NCBI GenBank assembly: GCA_050084985.1
Contig: JBITNC010000002.1
Location: 18,662,001-18,726,000 of the forward strand
Reading direction: 5' to 3'
From: Nageia nagi
Lineage: Eukaryota > Plantae > Pinophyta
Length of the DNA stretch: 64,000 nt
The notes below the pieces were generated by a model. That model searched no databases, had not been told where the DNA came from, and saw only the letters and a program-made list of their open reading frames with translations. Below are positions 54,751-64,000 of this stretch, piece by piece; within the stretch, counting starts at the first letter, position 1; every line of letters begins with the position of its first letter. The position numbers were made by a program, and so were the translations under genes.

Positions 54751-56254
54751 TAAACATTGTATATCTCGTGTGATTGATTGTAACTGCTTGAATTCAACTT
54801 CTTATCCAAAACGAAGAATATATTATGTTGGTCCGTGTATAGAAACAAATTATCGAGGATAAAAAAAAGTCACAAAACACTGCAGCACACGGTTTAGAAA
54901 TTCAACTTCAATTCAGATAAAAAATTTAATCTTCAAGAAGACAGCGTAACAATTCAAATTTTAATTATAAGAAATCTGAAACTATAATCTATGAAGGATT
55001 GTTTCAATTTGTTATTTGCTTACACCTCAACTAATATCGTACTTACTATTAAACTAAAAAATATATCATAATTGAAGTACTTCGCTATTTCCACATCCAT
55101 GAACAAGAAGCCCCAGTATACCGTCATTCCTGCAACATTCGTACCTGTCCTACTGCACCCACTCCCTCCTTCTGTTAATCATTTTTTTAATCTAAGCATC
55201 TTTTCCTTTTAGCCAACATAGAATGATAGATTAGGGTTTTAAACTTGGGATTTTTTAATCTTTGGCTAAAAAAAAGTAGAAGATAAAAATAAATCAAGGA
55301 AAAAATAAAAGAAACTTTTTCGGCTTTGGAGCTAGGTTTTTGAAGAAAATCAACCAATTATGATGTTCTCTCTTAAATGACCACTGAAAATGATCAATGT
55401 TGAGATAATATATAAAGCGAATTTTACAAATAACTATGGGACATCGTGGGTACAAACATTATTCATATTTAGAAAAAAACCTTAGCTATTAGTTCCCCTA
55501 ATTGCATGATTAAATATGTAAAACTATTTACTAGTGAAAGGAAAATAATATTGCTAACTATTTTATTTATAATTTTTACCAAGTATTAGCTCTCTATCTA
55601 TGCCATTTACTCCTATTGATCATTAGATCAAAGTAGATAGGAAGGCTTTATCCATAATAAATGTACTATTGATAATATTTTTCTATTTAAAATATCATAT
55701 AGTGTGTTAGATATATCAAACAATCTTCTTGATTTATTAATCATGAAAAAAAAATAGTGACGATTTTGCTAAAATTTCAAAAAATTTGTATTTTTAAAAA
55801 TTTAATTTTGCTAAATTAACAAGCCTACACTTCTACTTGGTAGCCGTAATTTTATTATATTTAATGTTAGATTAACTTATATTATAACCATATAATCCAA
55901 ATGTGTTTTGGTGCATGTAACCTTGAATTTATAGAAATAAAAGGTATTATGGCCCATGTAGACTTGAAGTTATAAAAAGTGTCATTCATTTCCAACAAAT
56001 AGTTGTGGTATATATCTTAATTGTGATAATTTATAGATACCACATTAAAAAATAAACCATTTTTTCTAATTTGATTTGTGTTAAGTTTCTTAGTTTATTT
56101 AATTAGAAAACAACATGGCTTCAACTACAAATCTATAAACTCCAAATGCCATGTTTGATATGAGTTATACATCCATAAGTTATCCCATTCAAAAATGTAT
56201 ATTTATTAATTTTTAAATATCATGACTATTTTCTTACTTTATTTAAAGACAAGA

Positions 56255-56630
56255 CATGTCGAAACATTAGATAATGCTCGAGTGATATTGAAACATTCAA
56301 TATGGCTCGATATATGTTGAAACATTCAACAAAGGTAAAGCCATGTCAAAATAGTTAACAAAGCTCGACCCATGTCAAAATATTTGACATGGCTCAAGCC
56401 ATGTCTAAACATTCGACAGGGCTTGAGCCATGTCAAAACACTCGATAGAGCTAAATCCATTTTTAAATATTCAAAAGGTCTCAGGTAATATCAAAATATT
56501 CAATAAGAAAAATCCATATCAAAATATTTGATAGGGGTATATCCATGTCGAAATATTCAATAAGGTTTAAGCCATGTTAAAATATTTGATAGGGATAAAG
56601 CCATGTCAAACATTTAACATGACCATTCCA
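56255..56630. repeat. 29-bp tandem array x13 with self-complementary unit
   Basis: Units start at 56255, 56284, 56313, 56342, 56371, 56400, 56429, 56458, 56487, 56515, 56544, 56573 and 56602. Inferred consensus CATGTCGAAACATTCGACA(T/G)GGCTCGAGC. Confidence 0.9.
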
Positions 56631-56639
56631 TGTACGAAA

Positions 56640-59600
56640 TGAATCGATGTTTAGCAGAAAGATTAACCTTTTCTAACTAGTAGGTCGATTGAGTCAAATG
56701 AACTAGTTGGCTAGTTGGTGCTAGCTAATCCTATCATAGTTGGCAAGAAATAAAGAGATAGAGTTTCACCAATTATGGACATTTCATGGTCTTCAAACTC
56801 TAACATTCTCCCCATGATGCTAAGAGGATGTACCAGGATGTTTCTCAACTTCAAAAACTGAGCTTTGACAATGGCTTTGGTGAAGATATTAGCTACATTT
56901 TCCAAAGCATCAAGATGGCTAAGCTCAACTATGTTCTTCTCCACCATGTCTCTTATGAATTGATACTTCCTATCAAAATGCTTTCACCTACTATGGTGAA
57001 TTGGATTTTGTGCCAATTGGATGGCACACTTATTATCACAATACAAGAAAGTTGCACCATGTTGCTTCTCATGAATCTCCTCTAGAATCTTCCTTAATCA
57101 TAATACTTGGGCACTAGCACTTGTGATTACAATGTATTCCACTTCAATAGATGAAAGAGCTATCATGCTTTATTTCTTTGAACTCCATGTTATCATACCT
57201 AAAAAAACATTGAATTATTGATTGGATGTGCTCTTTCTATCATCAATGTTGCTCCCCCAATCTGAATCACTATAGCTAATAAGCTTGACACCTCCTTACT
57301 TGATGTAGTAGAAGCCAAAACCAAATTTTCCTTGAACATATCTCAAAATTCTTTTTGTTACCTTCAAATGTGACTCAAATGGATCACTCATATATCTAGA
57401 TACAAGTGATGTAGCAAATAATATATTAGGCCTAGTATTTATGAGAAACATAAGACTCCTTACAATGGACCTATAAGTGGTTACATTGACTCACACTCCC
57501 CCATCATCATTACAAAGTAGCCCACCATGAGAAATTGGAGTGGGTAGTGATTTACAACATTCGATTTCAAATTTCAAAAACATATCTTTAGCATACTTGC
57601 TTTGACATATAAATATTTCAACACTACATTAATAAATTTCTAATCTAAGGAAGTAGTGCATAAGATGAAGGTATTTTATTTCAAATTCATTCATCATTTT
57701 CCTTTTGAATTCATCATTCAAGTTAGAAGAACTACCCATATAAATCAAATCATCAACATATAAATAAATAAGAAGAAGATCAATACCTTGCTTCATGATG
57801 CAGAGGGTAGGTTCATTCTTTTGCCTTTGGAATCTATATTATTGAAAGTAGCCATCTATCCCTAGGTACCATGCCTTTGGTGCTTGCTTTAGGCCATACA
57901 AAGGCTTCTTCAATTTGTAGACTAGATGCTCTTTCCCTTTGATGATGAAACCTTGAGGTTGCTCCACATAAACCTCTTCTTGCAACTAGCCATTCAAAAA
58001 TGCACTCTTTACATCCATGTGCATTACTTTCCATCCTTTTTGGGCATCCAAATAAATAACCAATTGGATATTCTCTTGCCTTGCTACGGATGCAAAATTC
58101 TCCTCATAATCAATGCCAATTTTTTGTTTAAAACCCTTGGAAATAAGTATTTATTTATGCCTCTCAATAGTGCCATCACTATTGTACTTGGTCTTGTAAA
58201 CCCATTTACAACCAATGCATTTTTAATCCTTTAGGAGATCAACAAGCTCCCAAGTTTCATTCTTTTCAATAGAATGCATTTCTTCCTCCATTATCTTTAC
58301 CCACAAATCATTAGTACATGCATCTTCAAAACAAGAGGGCTCAACATCAATGTTATCCATAAGTGCATAAGTGACAATATCACCTCTATGATCTTCATTT
58401 TCATCATCTCCATACATATTCAAATTCTCAAGTCTAGATACAACATTGTCCATTTCTTTTGCTTGGCTTCTTGTGAGTCTCTTTTTAAAATTTGTATCTA
58501 GAATATTAGAAGTAGGATGATTTTCCAATATTATTTTCCACTTTTTAATATTTTCTTTTTCTTGGCTCAAAGGATAAATGCTTGTATGACTTGATGGATT
58601 TGAAGTATTTGGTGTGCTAGGTGAAGGAGGACTTATTTGGCCATTGGTGGGCTGAAATTGTGCATTATTGGGCTGAACATTGGAAGAATCTTCATTGGTT
58701 GGTCCATCATCAACTATGCATTTTTGATGACCATAATTTTTACCTTTATCAAAATTACATCTCTTGATATTACTATTTTCTTTATTTTTGGATTGCATAG
58801 TCTATATGCTCTTGAATTTTCATAATAATACACAAAAACACATGCTTAGCTTTTTGGATCAATTTTTCTTCTTTTCTCATTTAGAATGTGTGCATATGCT
58901 AAATAGAAAAAAACTCTACTATGTCCAACATTTGGCTTTGTTTCATACCATGCTTCATTTGGGGTGATTTCTTCCAATGATTTAGTTGGGCTTTTATTAA
59001 GAATGTAAACACTTATTCTAGATACATCAGCCTAATACATATAACACAATTCTTTTGAATGCAATATGCTTCTTGCCATATTCACAATTGACCTATTTTT
59101 CCTTGCACATACAACAATTTGTTGGGAGTAAAACTTGTAGTAAGTTGGCTTTTAATTTTGTAATTTTTACAAAACTTTGTCAATTAATTTGATATATACT
59201 CTTCCCCTCTATTAGTCCTTAAGCATTTTATACTATATCCACTTTGATTTTCCTCATTATTGTTGAATTCCATAAAATAATCAAATGCTTGATCTTTTAT
59301 TTTTAAGAAACAAATCCAACTCATTCTTAAGAAATCATTAATGAAGGTGAGGAAATAGGAATTCATATCCATGCTCTTTGTTTGCATTGGACCACATATA
59401 TCCAAATGCACCAATTGAAGAGGATAAGAGGCTCCCATGATTGGCCTCTTGGAAGGCTTAATCTATGGTCCTTGCCCAAAGAACACCCTTCACAAACTTA
59501 TTTGCATTCATCCACCTTTGGTATCCCATGTACCATTTGATGAGATGTCAAAAGTTTCAAACTTGAGTGATTGAGATGTCCATATCTCAAATGCCACAAC

Positions 59601-59781
59601 CAATCTTTGTTTTCAATAGACACATTATCAAGTGCAACCCCTTGGAAACCAAATTTTAGAGGAAACAGACTATTCTCACTCATTAGGAATGTTGTAAAAA
59701 GCTTATTACCTCTATTTTTATCATAAATTGCACACTTTCCATCATAAAAAATAAGCATGTAATTATTTTCCATCATTTTCC
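56640..59781 (-). mobile_element. Decayed Ty1/copia element D (3' part), cut by element C
   Basis: LWHLRYGHLN; LQLVHLDICGPM..FINDFLR; EEEMHSIEKNETWELV; RT and RNase H (NVANIFTKA). PPT GGGGAGAA at 56806-56813; LTR starts TGTTAG at 56805, far end unresolved. Confidence 0.88.
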
Positions 59782-62700
59782 TGAAGACATTAAAGATCTT
59801 AGGATAAATTGAAGCATCAAAATTGAACAAAATTCATCATCCCTATTTTGAGTGTTTGTTCTCTATCTGTAAATTGGTATGCTATAGACTAGTTAGTCTA
59901 GCGCATGATCAACCCATCGGTAAGTCTCAACTAATCATCCTATCAACTAACAATATTTCTTATGTGTGTCATTTTTTGGTGTTTTAGCATTTCATTTTAT
60001 CTTCTTGTTTTATTACAACTTGTATGTTGAAGGTTAAAGGATTCCTATGACCTCTATTATGTATAGTGATGTAATTCCAAGTAGTGACGTGGTGTCTATG
60101 TGTGAAATTCATTCTTAATAAAGATTCATGTGTGTTGTGTAAATTTTTAGAGTTCCATTATTGAGTGTGTTTTACAATTAGAGTTGCAAAGTTGAATTGT
60201 TATGCAATTCCATATAATTTAAAATTGTTAAATAACTTCATTTAGTATCAAAGTAGAGTTGGATCAATTTGGGCTCAAGGAGATTTTCCAGAAGGAGAAG
60301 AGAAGACATGGAAAGAAACTCAAATTCAATCATAATTTTAGAATTTGATGGAAGTGACTATGAGTGTTGGAGTATCTAGATGAATACTCTCCTAAAGGCA
60401 AAAGGCTACAGGGATATTGTAGAAGCTGACTACAATGATCTTGAAGATTGAAGTGACTTAAGTGCAAAGGAAAAGAAAGAAGCAAAGGAGAATGAGAGAC
60501 AAAAATCCATGGTTTTGTCCTTCATACAAGAACCTTTTAACAAGAGAATATTTCCTAGAATCTCAACTTATGTCTCAGCCCAAGAAGCATGGGAAGTATT
60601 GAGAGAAGGCTATCAAGAAAGCTTCAAAGTGAAAGAAGTAAAAATCTAGACACTTAGAAGGGAGTTTGAGAACATGTAGCAAGAAGAGAAGGAGATTGCT
60701 AGAGATTATTGTATGAGAGTGAAAGCCATAGCCAATAAAATGGCCACTCTTGGAAAGAAGATAAAGAAGGGGATTGTCATCAAGAAGGTTTTTAGAACCT
60801 TGATAAATAAATTTAATCATGCTGCACTCATTCTTAAAGAAATAAAAGATCTCTCCACCTTTGAAATTGATAATTTAATTAACTCTCTTACATCACATGA
60901 AGAGAGAATGGCAAAAAGACCAATAGTATGAACAAGTAAAAATGATGAGTAATCTTTCTCTATCAAGGAGAATGAAGGACAAGGAAGAGGACAAGGTAGA
61001 GGTACAAGAGGAAGAGCTAAATCCAAAAGAGGAGGAAAAAGAGAATCCTTTGGAAAAGGAAGAGGAAGAGAGCAAAATTTTGAGAATGAACTAGCATCAT
61101 CATAAAGGGGGAGAAAGTTCAAAAGAGGAGCTGATAGAGGTAAAGATAAAAGAAATATACAATGCAGTTATTACTGTAATAAGTTTGGCCATCTTGAGTA
61201 TGAACACAAAGTGAAGTAAACACATGAAGGAAAAGCAACAAATTGTGGAGAAGAAGAGCATGGATATGGTGAAGAACAATTGTTCCTATCAATGATAAAT
61301 TCTCAAAAGCTTGAATATGAGACTTGTCTATTAAATAAGAGGTTCTCAAATCACATGAATGGTGAGAAATCCCTACTCTCCTAAATTGATTACTCCTATA
61401 AATCTAGTGTGAGATTGGGAGATGAGAAGAGATTGGAGATTTTTGGCAAAGAAGAGATGCAAGTTCTAAAAAAGAAAGGAATTATGAAGGTAAAGATCAT
61501 TTAATACACTTTAAATTTAAAACAATATTTGTTAAGTATTGGCAAAATACTAGAAAAAAATTATAAATTGGTGTTTGAAGATGAAATGTGCAAGATATAT
61601 GATAAGAATCATGGTGAAAGGATTGTGACTACAATTCATATGAATGAAAATAAACTCTTTCTTGTAAAATTTCTTGAGAGTGATGGAGGTTATGTATTTG
61701 TGGGGATGGAAGACAAAAGCAAATTTTGGCATATGAGGCTTGAGCACTTGAATTTTTTGAGTTTAAAAACTCTTCTAGCAATGGTGAGAGGGCTTCCACA
61801 AGTAGAAGATAGTAAAGATTTGTGTGAAGAGTGTGCACTAGGAAAAAAAGCAAGGGGCAAGTTTCCAAAGGATGAAGCATGGAGAGAAAAATACCATCTC
61901 TAATTGGTTCATACTAATATTTTTGGAATTATATAAAATCAAATTTTGGGTAAATCCTCTTACTTTATCACTTTCATTGATGATTTCACTAGAATGAGTT
62001 GGGTGTATTTTATCAAAAACAAAGATGAAGCATTTGATTGTTTTAAGGAATTCAAATTATTTATTTAGAAGCAAAGTGGGCATAGTGTGAAGTGTTTGAG
62101 AAGTGATAGAGGATGGGGGAATATAGTAGCAATGAATTTTTTAAGTTTTGCAAGGAGAATGGCATTAGAAGATACCTTACTTATCCCTACATAAAATAAC
62201 AAAATGGTGTAGTGGAAAGGAAAAATAGGACTCTTCTTGAGATGGCAAGAAGAATGATGCAAAGTAAGAAGTTGCCCAACATTTATTAGGCTGAAGTAAT
62301 AAGGATAGTAGTATACATTTTGAACTAGTCTCCTATAAGATGAAGCTTGGTTTGAAAGAAAACCAAATTTGGAACACTTGAGAGTGCTTGGGTGTCTTAC
62401 ATATGTGCACATCAATGATGAAAAGAGGAGGAAGTTGGATGCAAAAACTAATCCTTTTGTGTTTATAGGATATTGTGAGCATTGAAAAGCCTACAAATTC
62501 TATAATCCCAAGAGCCACAAAATAATTGTGTCAAGAGATGCAATTTTTGATGAAAGGGGAGAGTATAGTAATACAAAATTACAATAGAGTGTGCTTGAAA
62601 AAGAGAATTTGGAGAGGAAAGAAATAGAAAAAGAGCATCCTAATCATATTGTGAGAAAGAAAATTGAAGAACAACCATGAAGTGTTAGAGCTCCTAGCTC

Positions 62701-64000
62701 ACCAAGACGATCTAGCCCCACTAAACCACCAAGATTTGTAAGTGCATCAAGTTCACCCAATGCAATATTGTTGAATCAAGGAAAAAAAGGTAAGAGATGC
62801 TTGAAAGATCATCCAAAAAGTCAAATTATAGATGGCAACACCATGAGGAGAATCACAAGAAGCCAAACCCAAGAAATACAAAATTTAGTTGCAAGATTGG
62901 AGAGCATACAAATTTATGGAGATGAAGACAATGGATAGCCCAAAGGTGAAATGGTAAACTATGCACTTTATCCTATTTCAATATTTGTTCTTGTTTCAAA
63001 TAGTACTATTATTGAGCCATCTTGTTATGAATAAGCTTATTCTAATGATGTTTGGATGCAATCTATAGAAGAGTAGATTGATGCTATTGAGAGGAATGAC
63101 ACTTGGGAACTTTGTGAGTTTCCCAAAGGTAAGAAAGTAATTGGTCCAAAATGGATGTACAAAAAAACTATACAAGAGTGATGGAAGTATTGAAAGAAAC
63201 AAAAAAAGGCTAGTGGAAAAATGAATCACTCAGTAGTATGGAGTGGATTTTAGAAAAACATTTGCACTAGTTGCAAGGTAAAACATAATTAGATTGGTTA
63301 TTTTATTGGTTGCAAGAAAAAGTTGGAAAGTCAAAAATATGGATGCAAAAAGTGCATTTTTAAATGGATACATCAGTGAAGAGGTGTATGTAGCACATCC
63401 TCAACATTTTGAGGTTCTTGAAAAAGAATACCATGTATATAAGTTCAAAAGGGCACTATATTGTTTGAAGTAAGCTCCAAGAGCTTGGTATACAAGAATC
63501 AATGGATACTTAAAATGTGTGGATTTTCAAATAAGTGTAATTGAACATACCTTGTATTTTAAGAAAAAAATGTATTGATATTTTGATTGTTTACTTGTAT
63601 GTATATAATTTGATCTTCATGGGTAGTAATAATAAATAAAATGAGGATTTCAAAACTCAAATTATGGCTAAGTTTGGAATGAAGGATGTTGGTTTGATGA
63701 GCTACTTTCTTGGCTTGGAGGTGTATCAAACACAGGATGAAATGTTTTGTCTCGATCTAAATATGCAAGATATATATCAAAAAAATTAAAAATGCATAAT
63801 ATTACACATGTTACAACATCTACAGCTCATGAAGAACATCTTTGTAAGGAAGATAGAGAACAAAAAGTGAATAAGAAAGAATATATAAGCATTGTTGGAA
63901 GCCTTATATTTCTCATAAATACAAAACTAGATTTGCAATTTAGTGTATATTTGGTTGCAAGATACATTAGCGATCCATAAATTGTACACCTCAAACTAGC
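59782..64000 (+). mobile_element. Decayed Ty1/copia element C (same family as B), runs off the window
   Basis: LTR TGAAG...CTTCA at 59782-60240; decayed PBS TAGTATCAAAGT at 60243. gag EFDGSDYECWSI; FWHMRLEHLNF..CEEC; integrase and RT are colinear with element B. Confidence 0.9.

Noticed and set aside
56255-56630. CRISPR array
   Set aside because: Units are head-to-tail with no unique spacers, there are no cas genes, and the context is eukaryotic. The same applies to 21599-21822.
58223-58798. Longest ORF (191 aa) as a host gene
   Set aside because: It is the integrase-RT linker of copia D (ends ..EEEMHSIEKNETWELV).

Overview
Very AT-rich eukaryotic (seed-plant, probably gymnosperm) nuclear DNA. 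It is almost entirely a graveyard of decayed transposable elements around one host locus. That locus is a three-exon R2R3-MYB gene on the minus strand (8575-9500) carrying the bHLH-interaction motif. It is inactivated by a ~13-bp frameshift deletion and a CGA>TGA stop, and a remnant of a tandem paralogue lies at ~170-1045. The TE content is at least seven Ty1/copia elements or fragments, including a 13-kb Tnt1/Tork-like element with three nested insertions. There is also a complete 5.7-kb PIF/Harbinger element with a third zf-GRF ORF, L1-type LINE fragments, a Penelope-like retroelement fragment, small TIR elements and several tandem arrays. No intact protein-coding gene, RNA gene or CRISPR array was found. 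The most novel-looking items are: (1) an ORF1-only 'half-LINE' family present twice, one copy with a 17-bp TSD; (2) a Penelope-like RT in a plant; (3) a zf-GRF cargo ORF in a Harbinger; (4) a GGG..CCC TIR element with a 4-bp TSD; (5) CpG-retaining islands against a background of heavy C>T/G>A decay. All protein family assignments are from motifs read by eye; no searches were run.
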